Assembly (NCBI GenBank): GCA_002269645.1
Contig: NIVC01002313.1
Span: forward strand, 120,753-184,752
Direction of reading: 5' to 3'
DNA: 64,000 bases
DNA from: Macrostomum lignano
Lineage: Eukaryota
The notes beneath the pieces were generated by a model, which ran no database searches, had not been told where the DNA came from, and saw only the letters and a program-made list of their open reading frames with translations. This document shows, piece after piece, positions 24,146 to 36,000 of the stretch. How positions within the stretch are numbered: position 1 is the stretch's first letter; each line of letters starts with the position of its first letter. The position numbers and the translations under genes are program-made.

Positions 24146-24511
24146 AGCAGTGCAGGAATTGTAAAGTTGGAACTTTATGCTGATCAATTATTGTTTTTTC
24201 GGCTATTTATTCGCCTTTTACCACAGATACTAGAATAACTATTGAATAAATGGGCCACTCAGCACATGTGCGTGCAAGCTACTTTCAGTTCAGTAGTAAG
24301 ATAAATTGAAGCATTTTAATATATTTTTAAAGTCAAGCCTTTATTGGCTCTTACCCCCCAAGCTAAAACCCTCAGACTCCACACAGAACTACCCCTGCCC
24401 CGCCACCCAATTTTTATTACCTCGGTTGTTCCAGCCTAAAGCTGTCATGTACATTTCAGTGGACTGACAAATGTACATTATTGCTGAACCAATTAGCAAG
24501 CTGTTTACGCC

Positions 24512-24875
24512 AGGGGGGCCGTAGCCCAGCGGTCTAGCGCAGGCTCTGGTGTGCCAGCGACCCAGGCTCGATTCCAATTGCAGTTACATTAATTTGGGGC
24601 TGAATTGGAATCTCGGCTTGGCTCTGCTCGTGCAAATAACGGCCTTGAGAGCCAACCCCCAAGGCGCAGTGAAGTGTACATGCCTAACGATAATATAAAG
24701 TTAGGGCCGCTGTACACTACTGTGTGAGTGTGTGCCTGCGTACGTATCCGCGCGCTTGTATGCCTGCTCAGGGGAGTCGGCGGAATGGGCAGTAATGCCT
24801 CTTGCCGGTTGTGTGCCTATGTCGCTTAAAGTGCGCCAGGGTGCACACAACCCCCCCCCCCTGCCTCTAATAAAA
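24512..24875 (+). mobile_element. tRNA-derived SINE with a 14-bp target-site duplication
   Basis: The head has an A-box (GTAGCCCAGCGG) and a B-box (GGCTCGATTCC). The 3' end is AATAAAAAA. AAGCTGTTTACGCC flanks it at 24498-24511 and 24876-24889. Confidence 0.8.
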
Positions 24876-26194
24876 AAGCTGTTTACGCCTGCAAGCTTGG
24901 TGGGCTTCTAAACTTATCAAAGCTTACTTTTCAAACTTATCAAAACGTACATAATAGCTTATGTATTCTTCATTGCTACTGAACTGAAAGTAGAAAGCTG
25001 TTTTCCTAAGTATGTATGCCTGAGTGGCCATCTAGTTATTCTAATTCTAGTATCTGTGCCTTCTACCTAAAGTAGTTAGCCCGTTGAAAACTTTACTGTG
25101 ACAAGAGGCGATAAGAAGTCAATGCAAATAACTCATATAGACTCTAGCGCTTAAACTTCTACAAATTTAGTGACTCTATCACGCCTCAGATACGACTCTA
25201 TACCACCCTAGAATCATTAAGGTTAAATATAGATACGTTATTTTCCCTATTTCTATCCTTCTTTATCCTTCTTTATCTTTTTATCCATCCACATACAGTA
25301 ACTTTGGGTGTTTAGTAGTAGCGCTAAAATCCTTAAAATTGCTTTATTAACAGGGTTGCAAGCGTCCGGCACTCTATCTTCTATCAACTAAATTTTTTAG
25401 ATTGCAAACTTTTATTGAATGATGTTTATTTTGTGAACTAATTTGCTTAACTAGCCTACTATTTTACGGAAATGTCAGTAGCGTGATGCGCGCATATTTC
25501 TGCTTTTAGTTCTTTAGTATTCTGTAAATACTTTGTGGATTATTGAGGCTTAAAGGCAGAAATGGCCAATGTAATTTAAAACAGTCATGCGCAAGGCCCA
25601 ATACGGTTCAACTAAGACTTTTGTTGTCTGTGTTGTAATTTAATATTTTTAATGTCGTTAATTGATTAAATATTTGCATAAAATATAATAGACATAATTG
25701 TATCTACGATTTAAAAAAGCTCTTTAATAACTTTTATAGCCTGTCTTGAAATAATTTGGTTCAGCTTTCTTTCTTATTTTCATTTATTTTACCCAATCGA
25801 TACGCGCCTGAAATTCAACTAGTCTGATGGAGGGGTCATTGGAATGCGGAAAATCTCTCATTTTTTTTATTTTACTACACATTATTTCATGCCATCAAAA
25901 TCCCAGCTTGCGTATCTGTCAAATTTCAATTCAAGGTCATGCACAAAAGTGCCCCTAACTTTTTGTAACCTCTATGGGTCGTCATACCCAAATTTTGGCA
26001 GGGACTGCAATCTGAGAAATCGATGTACTTTTACTCGAAAAGTGAGACGCGTTATTACGCTAAATATTAATAAACATTCCTCTAATAAAGCCCTCTAACT
26101 GACTGAAAATGTTACCTGTACAGTACTTTTAGCTGTTATAGTACTGTACATGTATCTGCAGTCCCTTCATCCGATTGTCTACTAGCTCCTCACC

Positions 26195-27100
26195 GCTTAT
26201 CTACAGCCATTATATCACTTCATCTACAGCCATTCTACCACTTCATCTACAGCCATTCTACCACTTCATCTACAGTCATTCTACCACTTCATCTACAGTC
26301 ATTCTACCACTTCATCTACAGCCATTCTACCACTTCATCTACAGTCATTCTACCACTTCATCTACAGCCATTCTACCACTTCATCTACAGTCATTCTACC
26401 ACTTCATCTACAGCCATTCTACCACTTCATCTACAGTCATTCTACCACTTCATCTACAGTCATTCTACCACTTCATCTACAGCCATTCTACCACTTCATC
26501 TACAGTCATTCTACCACTTCATCTACAGCCATTCTACCACTTCATCTACAGTCATTCTACCACTTCATCTACAGCCATTCTACCACTTCATCTACAGTCA
26601 TTCTACCACTTCATCTACAGCCATTCTACCACTTCATCTACAGTCATTCTACCACTTCATCTACAGCCATTCTACCACTTCATCTACAGTCATTCTACCA
26701 CTTCATCTACAGCCATTCTACCACTTCATCTACAGCCATTCAATCACTTTATCTACAGCTATACCGCATTATCTACAGCACTACCGCAATTGTCTACAAT
26801 TCTACACAATTCTACCATTTTATCGACCGCCATTCTACCAATTAACTACAGCTATACCGCTTATCTACAGTCACCATTATACCATTTTTGTCTACAGCTT
26901 TTATCGCCTATATATAGCACTACCGCTTATCTACGGCCTTTTTATCATTTGTCTACAGCCTTTTAACTATTTATCCACAGCCATTCTACCATTTCATATA
27001 CAGCTATACCGCTTAGCTACAGCCATTGTACCATTTCATCTATATAGCTATACCGCTTAGCTACAGCCATTCTGCCGTTTATCTAAAGCCATTCTATCGC
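26195..27100. repeat. 23-bp minisatellite (TCTACAGCCATTCTACCACTTCA), decaying towards its 3' end
   Basis: Homogeneous at 26205-26750 and degenerate to about 27100. Confidence 0.92.
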
Positions 27101-27183
27101 TTATCTACAGCCCCATTGCTTATCAGCCCACGATTGTCCGCCGCTTATCTGCACCCGTTTGCCAATAAGCCAGCCAAGCCGCG

Positions 27184-27774
27184 ATGGAGAACGAATTCGA
27201 GAAGATCCTGACGGAGATTCGCGACGCGGAGACGCACGCGGCCACCGAGCGCAGTCGGTCGGCCAAGGCGCAGAACAGCTGGCAGTCGCTGCGCCAAGCT
27301 GTCGAAGACGAAGTGTCCGGTCTGCGCCAGCTAGCTGGACAGATTGTCCGACTGCGCGCCGAACTGACCGAGGCAGCGAACGAGACCGCCGCTTACGTCG
27401 CCGAGGCCAGCGGCGCCGCCTCTCGGGCCAGCGGCGTGGAGGCGGCGCTGCGCGAGGCGGAAGCCCAGCAGGCTGTCAGCGGCGCCCACAGCTTCGAAGA
27501 GGTTTTCGTTCACAACGACGCCGCCTGTCGACTGCTCGACCGGCTGATGAATAGCGGCGACTCGATGCGCTCGGAGGCTGAAGACTATCTGGCGCGATTG
27601 GAAGCGGCGCGTAGCGCGCTAGACAGCGCCCAGTTAGAGGAGGCGCGCTTACACACCTGGGTGAAAGATTTTGCTGAGCAGAAGGCGCGGCTGGCGTCGG
27701 CGCGGGCGGGCTGCGCTGAGCAGCTGGACCTGCTGTCTGAGCTGGAGCAGCGCCTGGATGCTGCTGAAGTCTGA
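27184..27774 (+). CDS. Uncharacterised 196-aa coiled-coil protein, single exon
   Basis: A sharp GC-rich island with the same codon style as the noggin-like and PPEF exons. The protein is A/E/R/L-rich and heptad-like. No family recognised. Confidence 0.75.
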   Translation: MENEFEKILTEIRDAETHAATERSRSAKAQNSWQSLRQAVEDEVSGLRQLAGQIVRLRAELTEAANETAAYVAEASGAASRASGVEAALREAEAQQAVSGAHSFEEVFVHNDAACRLLDRLMNSGDSMRSEAEDYLARLEAARSALDSAQLEEARLHTWVKDFAEQKARLASARAGCAEQLDLLSELEQRLDAAEV

Positions 27775-28021
27775 GGATCCTTACTAATTAGATGACGAGT
27801 CACTTAGGCACAAAAATATGGGTATAGTTACTCGTCCTGTCTACCATACACTGAGACTAATTTAACATTTTAGGACTAAGCAGATGGCGAGTTACTTAAA
27901 TATAAATAGACAGTTAAAGTTACTCGCGCCGTTTACTAAATGTCAGGTGCCCGGTTTTTTCTCTAATTGCAGAGTTGTCTGTCTATCTAACTCGTACTCC
28001 ATTCCAATCTAAATCCCCAAG

Positions 28022-28290
28022 TCCATTCCAATCCTTCAGGGCATGCCTCAACTCCCTTCAATCCTTTAGGGCATGCCTCAACTCCCTTCAATCCTTCAGG
28101 GCATGCCTCAACTCCCTTCAATCCTTTAGGGCATGCCTCAACTCCTTCCAATCCTTCAGGGCATGCCTCAACTCCCTCCAATCCTTCAGGGCATGCCTCA
28201 ACTCCCTCCAATCCTTCAGGGCATGCCTCAACTCCCTCCAATCCTTCAGGGCATGCCTAAACTCCCTCCAATCCTTCAGGGCATGCCTGA
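28022..28290. repeat. 30-bp minisatellite (TCCAATCCTTCAGGGCATGCCTCAACTCCC)
   Basis: About 9 copies. Confidence 0.92.
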
Positions 28291-29289
28291 AGTCTAATTT
28301 CTACAATCTTTTCAATAAGTTTCCCTCATGTATTTTACAAAAGTTTACCTTTTTTCTAAACTATACAGCCACAGCATTTTTTCTTAGTTGAATCAGTGCT
28401 TAAAATAACTTTCGTTTTGTTGTGTTCAACTTTTGTTTAAATTCTATTTTTGTCGCTTATTTGCGGCAGTTAATTTTTACTTTTGAAATATTACTCTACT
28501 CTTTCTATCAATAGGAACAAGAGTTCCCCTTTTAGCGCTTTGTATACTCAAGACTGACGAGTATAATAACGAGTAAGTAGAGAATATGAGACGCAGCTAT
28601 TTATAGGAAAGAGGATCTATGAGGTAGAGAGAAAATGTGTGAGCTGTAGAGAGGATTTGATAGTTAGAGGGTATTTGCTATCCAAGCGCAGATTTTTATT
28701 TTTTCTGTTTAATTTGAAAAATTATTTAAACCAGCCATGTCCACTCAAGCTAAAGTTGAGCAGGTCAAGACAGTACACACACGTTGTACTCTATATGTAT
28801 TTATTGCGTGTCAGCTAACTATAAATAATATTTGCCTGCAAGGCAACGTGCCTCTTTTTGACTTGGTTAGTTGTTTCTAAAAATAGATCTAATCTCCTAG
28901 TTTGCTAAGATAAAGAAACTCGTGAGATCTGGGCAATGTACACACACACACCGTGGCTTCTCGGGTTGCGGCCCTCATGGATGTGAATCACACGACAATT
29001 AGGCTACAGGCAAATTTTTGCTCAAGAGTCACGATGTTACTGACGTCCCTGTGACGTCGATAGCAAATGAGCACTTTTATCATTGCGTCGATTTCCAGCC
29101 GAAGTTAAACAGCGAGGAAAAACACGATTTGCAAAATAAGTTTGGAAGCTTTTGGAAGCTCGTTCATTATGCCGTCATGGTTCCATTCTCACATCCTGAA
29201 CTTTTGAAAGATTTTTTAAGACTGACTTGCGTATGTACCAGGTGCGGCATGGTTTCACAATATTATTCACAAGTCTGCATAAATTCCGT

Positions 29290-29460
29290 GAGTGTGAATC
29301 TTAGAGATTGTGAAAGAGCCTGAATAAAATTGGGTGAATGTGAACCTGGGAGATTGTGAAAGAGCCTGAATAAAATTGAGTGAATGTGAACCTGGGAGAT
29401 TGTGAAAGAGCCTGAATAAAATTGGGTGAATGTGAACTTTGGAGATTGTGAAAAAGTCTG
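29290..29460. repeat. 46-bp tandem repeat, about 3.5 copies
   Basis: AGATTGTGAA recurs at 29305, 29351 and 29397. Confidence 0.85.
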
Positions 29461-30036
29461 CATTTATTTTTGAATGTGAACATTAGGTATTCTACGGATT
29501 TAGTTTGCCCAAAAACAGTGTTAGCTCTTTCAATTAGAACAATTTCAACATTTATTTAGACAATTGTCAAATATATCTCGATGATCTCGAATACTGATAA
29601 AGCTAAATTATTCTTCTCTACTCAAAAGTTTATTTTGTATCTCGGAAAGTTGCGATACAGAAAGGCCGATTAGAGACTCGTATGGAAAAAAGTAGAAGTT
29701 ATTAATAAAAACAAAATATGATTGACCAATAAAAGTGGGAAAATTAGGTGCTAATTGCATTGATAGATAACAATAGAAACATAACGCAATCTTTCACAGT
29801 GTTAATACTCGTATAAAAAATATTTATTTTATTGGTACAGAATTCTGATTATCACAGGATCGAGTTGTGTAAAATTAATTCGTTGCATTTTTGACGTGAA
29901 CAAATTTGGGGTGCAAAAATATAATTGGTGATTCTGTCAAATTTTATCAAATTTGTCAAAAAAAATTATTCTTTGTCTTTTATTACTTTTTCTTTTTTCC
30001 TAACAAACGGTTCGGTTTATAAGTAAAATTTGCTGA

Positions 30037-31775
30037 TCAATCACAAGACACACTGCCCAACCAATCACAAGACACAGTGCCCAACCAATCCCAAGACACA
30101 GTGCGCAACCAATCACAAGACACAGTGCCCAACCAGTCACAAGACACAGTGCCCAACCAATCACAAGACACAGTGCCCAACAAGTCACAAGACACAGTGC
30201 CCAACCAGTCACAAGACACAGTGCCCAACCAGTCACAAGACACAGTGCCCAACAAGTCACAAGACACAGTGCCCAACCAGTCACAAGACACAGTGCCCAA
30301 CCAATCACAAGACACAGTGCCCAACCAATCACAAGACACAGTGCCCAACCAATCCCAAGACACAGTGCGCAACCAATCACAAGACACAGTGCCCAACCAA
30401 TCACAAGACACAGTGCCCAACCAATCACAAGACACAGTGCCCAACCAATCCCAAGACACAGTGCGCAACCAATCCCAAGACACAGTGCGCAACCAATCAC
30501 AAGACACAGTGCCCAACCAATCCCAAGACACAGTGCCCAACCAATCACAAGACACACTGCCCAACCAATCACAAGACACAGTGCCCAACCAATCCCAAGA
30601 CACAGTACGCAACCAATCCCAAGACACAGTGCGCAACCAATCACAAGACACAGTGCCCAACCAATCCCAAGACACAGTGCCCAACCAATCACAAGACACA
30701 GTGCCCAACCAATCCCAAGACACAGTGCGCAACCAATCACAAGACACAGTGCCCAACCAATCACAAGACACAGTGCCCAACCAATCCCAAGACAGTGCCC
30801 AACCAATCACAAGACAGTGCCCAACCAATCCCAAGACAGTGCCCAACCAATCACAAGACAGTGCCCAACCAATCACAAGACAGTGCCCAACCAATCCCAA
30901 GACACAGTGCCCAACCAATCACAAGACACAGTGCCCAACCAATCCCAAGACACAGTGCGCAACCAATCACAAGACACAGTGCCCAACCAATCACAAGACA
31001 CAGTGCCCAACCAATCCCAAGACAGTGCCCAACCAATCACAAGACAGTGCCCAACCAATCCCAAGACAGTGCCCAACCAATCACAAGACAGTGCCCAACC
31101 AATCACAAGACAGTGCCCAACCAATCACGAGACACATTGACCAACCAGTCACAAGACACAGTGACCAACCAATCCCAAGACACAGTGCCCAACCAATCCC
31201 AAGACACAGTGCCCAACCAATCCCAAGACAGTGCCCAACCAATCACAAGACAGTGCCCAACCAATCACGAGACACATTGACCAACCAGTCACACGACACA
31301 GTGACCAACCAATCCCAAGACACAGTGCCCAACCAGTCACAAGACACAGTGCCCAACCAGTCACAAGAAACATTGACCAACCAGTCACAAGACACAGTGA
31401 CCAACCAATCCCAAGACACAGTGCCCAACCAGTCACAAGACACAGTGCCCAACCAGTCACAAGACACATTGACCAACCAGTCACAAGACACATTGACCAA
31501 CCAGTCACAAGACACATTGACCAACCAGTCACAAGACACATTGACCAACCAGTCACAAGACACATTGACCAACCAGTCACAAGACACATTGACCAACCAG
31601 TCACAAGACACAGTGACCAACCAATCCCAAGACACAGTGCCCAACCAGTCACAAGACACAGTGCCCAACCAGTCACAAGACACATTGACCAACCAGTCAC
31701 AAGACACAGTGCCCAATCAATCACAAGACACAGTGCCCAACCAGTCACAAGGCACAGTGCCCGACCAATCACAAG
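30037..31775. repeat. 24-bp (locally 22-bp) minisatellite CCCAACCAATCACAAGACACAGTG, about 70 copies
   Basis: Direct reading; one + frame stays open from 30023 to 31795. Confidence 0.95.
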
Positions 31776-32100
31776 ACAAGACACAAATCACCTAAGCGCC
31801 CAAGAGACTATAAAAGTAACCAAGACTGAAAGTGAAGTGCTATATCCCTAGAAAAATCATTTCCAAATCACTATCTAACAAGTGAAGAATACAACGAAGA
31901 TTTTGCCATACAGAAAAAGTCCTCAGCGTGCAATGTGAAAAAACCGAAACCTCTCGAAAGAAGCAATTCGTATGCCCCAAAACAAGAGGAATTGGTTGCA
32001 AAAGCAAAACAATACGAAACATGCTATTAAAGCTAATATCGTTAAAACTTTTCAACACTCGTAAAGAATGCCTTTTCGAGACATGGGACCCAGTTTGATA

Positions 32101-33020
32101 TCACTCGCTCACGCTCGACTGAACGGAATCGCCGAGCAGTCGCTTCTGACTCTCCTGTCTCTGATAGTCGACAATGCGAAAGGCCTCCAGGAATTCGTTG
32201 AAATCAATGTAGCCGTCGCTATTCAAATCTAAAGATTTCGCCATATCGGCGACTTCGTCCTCAGTCATCTGGCGTTGGGTTGCTTGGCACAAAATTCGGC
32301 ACGACTCTTTGAACTCTTCCAGGCTGATTTGGCCGCTGTTGTCCTGTCGGGTAATTGGTTGCAGAAGATTTGTTTTCTAAGTATACTCTAGTGAAAGATA
32401 TGAGGATTTATGAGCACCTGTTCGTATACACACGCTCACATAGTGTACACTCCCTGTGCCCCTGGGGCCGTTGGCATTCGTGGCTGTGAATCGTAGCACT
32501 CGCGCTTGAGTCAGTTGTTCTGCCTCCATACAGTACGAAACGATGGTCCCGATGTAATAAGATAGATATATGCTCAACAATATAAAAAACGAGTGGAACT
32601 CCTCCTTCGGAGGAGAAAGGGGAAGAACTCCCATCACCGGAATTCCATTCCCTGAATTATCCATCAACTGAAATTCCATGTCTTGAACCCCATCTTCCAA
32701 ATCATCTCCAAATTCTTTACAAACCTTTCAAAGACCATAGCTCAAAGACTCTTACGTCTCTCATATCTACTCTCTCCTCTCTTCGCTATTATCGTGACTC
32801 TCTTCTCTCTCCTCTCTCTCATCTCATCTCTACCCCTACTTCCTTATTTATCTCTTCTCCCTCGTCTTTCGTCTGTACCCCCTCCTGTCTCCTCTGTTCT
32901 CTGTTCTATCACATCTCTATTCTTCACTTCTGTCTCCTGTCTCCTCTCTTCTCTCTTATCTCTCCTTCTTCTCTTCTCTCTCATATGTCATCTCTACTCA
33001 CTTATCTATCGTCTCTCTTA

Positions 33021-33091
<71 letters not shown>

Positions 33092-36000
33092 CTCTCTGCT
33101 CTCATTTCTTATATCTCATATACGGTCTCAGACTCTACTTTCTTGTCTCCCATCTTTCTTTCCTCCTTTCCACTACCCCCGTCTCTTCTCTTCTCTCTTT
33201 TCTAATCTCTAATCTCTTCTCTCTTATGTTCTCACTCATCTCTTCTCCTCGCATCTCTCATCTCTCCTCTCCTCACTACTTCCCTCTCTTAACTCTCTCA
33301 TCTCTGATTTTTCATCTCTCTCCTCTCTCCTCTCGCTCTTTTCCTTTCGCTTCTCTCTCCTCCCTCTCCTCTCATCTCTACTACTTTATTTATATCTTCT
33401 CCCTCGTCTTTCGTCTCTACTCTCGTCTGTCTCCTTTCTCCCCTTTTTTCTCCTCTTTTCTCTCTTCTCTCTCCGCTCCTCTCTCATCTCTCATCCCTCA
33501 TCTCACTCTTTCTTTCTCCTATTATCTCTCTTGTCTCCCTTTGCTATCTCATATATCCACTCTTATCTCCTCTCTCCTCTTCGCTTTTCTGTCCTTCGTT
33601 CCCGCCTTAATCCCCTCTTCTCTCCAATCTGTCATGTCTAATCTCTCCACTCATTTCTACTCTGTTTTCTACCATCTCATATCTCTTCTCTTTTCATTCT
33701 TCTTTTTATTCTCTTCTCTGACTGATTGAAGATGCCAAATCAATCAAGATCCTCTCCGCGAAGCAGAAATCCTGTCCGTGCAACTGAAAACCATCGAAAT
33801 CCTCTCCGTGAAACTGAAGAGAATCGAAATCCTCTCCGCGAAACAGAAATCCTCTCCGTGAAACTGAAAACCATCGAAATTCTTTCTTTTAAACTGGACT
33901 CAATCGAAATTTTCTCCGTCAAAAAGAATAAATATCAGGATTCATTGGTTATTGTTAAGGGTTAGGGTTAGGGTTAGAGCTACACACAGCTGCGTGTTCA
34001 AATAAAAAATGAACCAATTGAATCAATTGATTGCGCAACCGATTTCACAGTCAGTCAGTATCAGTCTCAGTTAAAGTTAGCAAAAAAATTGCGCAATCTA
34101 AATCAACCCTCCAGTACACAGAGACCGACCCCTTTTCAATACGCAGTGGCAGTTAGAAATTGAACCTCAAACTTTTGGGGGCATTGAACAAAAAAATGAG
34201 TACAATCTTTGCATAAAGCTAAAAGTATGGAAATGGTTTTTTGAAACATTTTATATCCTCGAACTCAGCGTTGCAAGATCTTTTCAGCAGTATAAGTCTC
34301 TTCTCTTAAAGTTTAGAACTCGAAGAGCAGTTAGCGTTTGAAAGTTCCCGTTTTAAAGCATTGAAATGTCGCGTGTACGTTCACTGCCTGCCAAAGAGGC
34401 TCGCAAGTTTATTCATTTACTACACAGGCCGGCTATTACACAGGGCAGCCTATTGAAAGGCACAGATAATAAAACAAAATTGATGGCGCAACTGATTTCA
34501 CAGTATGTCAGTATCAGTCTCAGTTACAGTTAACAAAAAGATGCGCAATCTAAATCAACCCTCCAATACACAGCGCCCGACCGCCTTCCACTACGCAGTG
34601 GCAATTAGCAATTGAACCCCCCAAATTTATCTCTGACCTATCGCAAAAATAAGTACAATCTTTGCAGCAAGTTAAAAGTAAAAGTAATAAAATCGTTTTT
34701 TAAATGCTGTGCTTTTAATTTTTACAGTTAAAGCAAACAACTTATATCCCTGAACTCAGCGTTGCAAGATCTTTCCAGCAATATAAGTCTCTCCTCTCAA
34801 AGTTCAAAAATCGAGCAACAGTTAGCATTTGAAACTTTCTGATTTAAAGCATTGAAATATCGAGTGTACGTTCACTGCCTGCTAGAGAGGCTCGCAAATT
34901 GATGCATTGAATTTCACTGTCCGCCAGTTAGCTAGGGTCCAAGTGTACACACGCCGCCACTGAGAACGCTCCTATCCCCCACTGGAGAGAAAATACACTG
35001 CCAAGTTAGCAAAATTTTATGGCGCAATCACTTGAAATTCATGCAAATTTTCAGCTCCAAGCAGAAAGAGGGGACAATTAAGATTATCAAAGGTCAAGAC
35101 CGCCGTTTTCTGCTTTTTTGAGGATCTTAGAAATTAAAATTTCAGAATTAAAATAGCCTATAGCCGACCTCGGATAATTTCCAATCTTCCCATATAAGTT
35201 TCAACGCTGAGTTGCCACTATTCAAGGAGGAGTTGTCGAAATGACACACACACACACACACACACACAGACAGACAGACAAACAACACGTCAACTTTAGT
35301 ATATACGAGTGGAACTCCTCCTTCGGAGGAGAAAGGGGAAGAACTCCCATCACCGGAATTCTATTCCCTGAAATATCCATCAACTGAAATTCCATGTCTT
35401 TAACCCTATCTTCCAAATCGTCTCCAAATTCTTTACAAAATCTTTCAAAGACCATAGCTCAAAGACTCTTACGTCTCTCATATCTACTCTCTCCTCTCTT
35501 CGCTATTATCGTGACTCGCTTCTCTCTCCTCTCTCTCATCTCATCTCTACCCCTACTCTCTTATTTATCTCTACTCCTTTATTTATCTCTTCTCCCTCGT
35601 CTTTCGTCTGTACCCTATCCTGTCTACTCTCCTATCTTCTATCTTATCTCTCCCCTTTTCTCTCCTCTCTCATATCTAATCTCTAATCACTTATCTATCG
35701 TCTCCGCTCTACTTTCTCTCTTCTTTTTTCTCTCTTCTCTCTGCTCTCATTTCTCGTATCTCTTATACGCTCTCACCCTCTCCTTTCTTATCTCCCATCT
35801 TTCTTCCCTCCTTTCTACTGCATCACCTGTCTCCTCTCTTCTCTTTTCTCTCCTCTCCATTCTCTCTTCTCTACTCTCATCTCCCCTCATCTCTTCTCTA
35901 ATCTCTAATCTCTTCTCTCTCTTATTTTCTCACTCATCTCTTTTCTCATTGCATCTCTCATCTCTCCTCTCTCTCTCTCCTCTCATCTGTACTATCTTTT

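Noticed and set aside
26175-26966. 263-aa ORF
   Set aside because: A translation of the 23-bp array cycling through frames, with no unique domain or coding bias.
32590-32770. Extra PPEF exon ([12 protein letters not shown] resembles an EF-hand loop)
   Set aside because: PPEF exons 3 and 4 already join in frame to give [13 protein letters not shown]; this segment is part of the duplicated cassette and its two copies differ by a frameshift.
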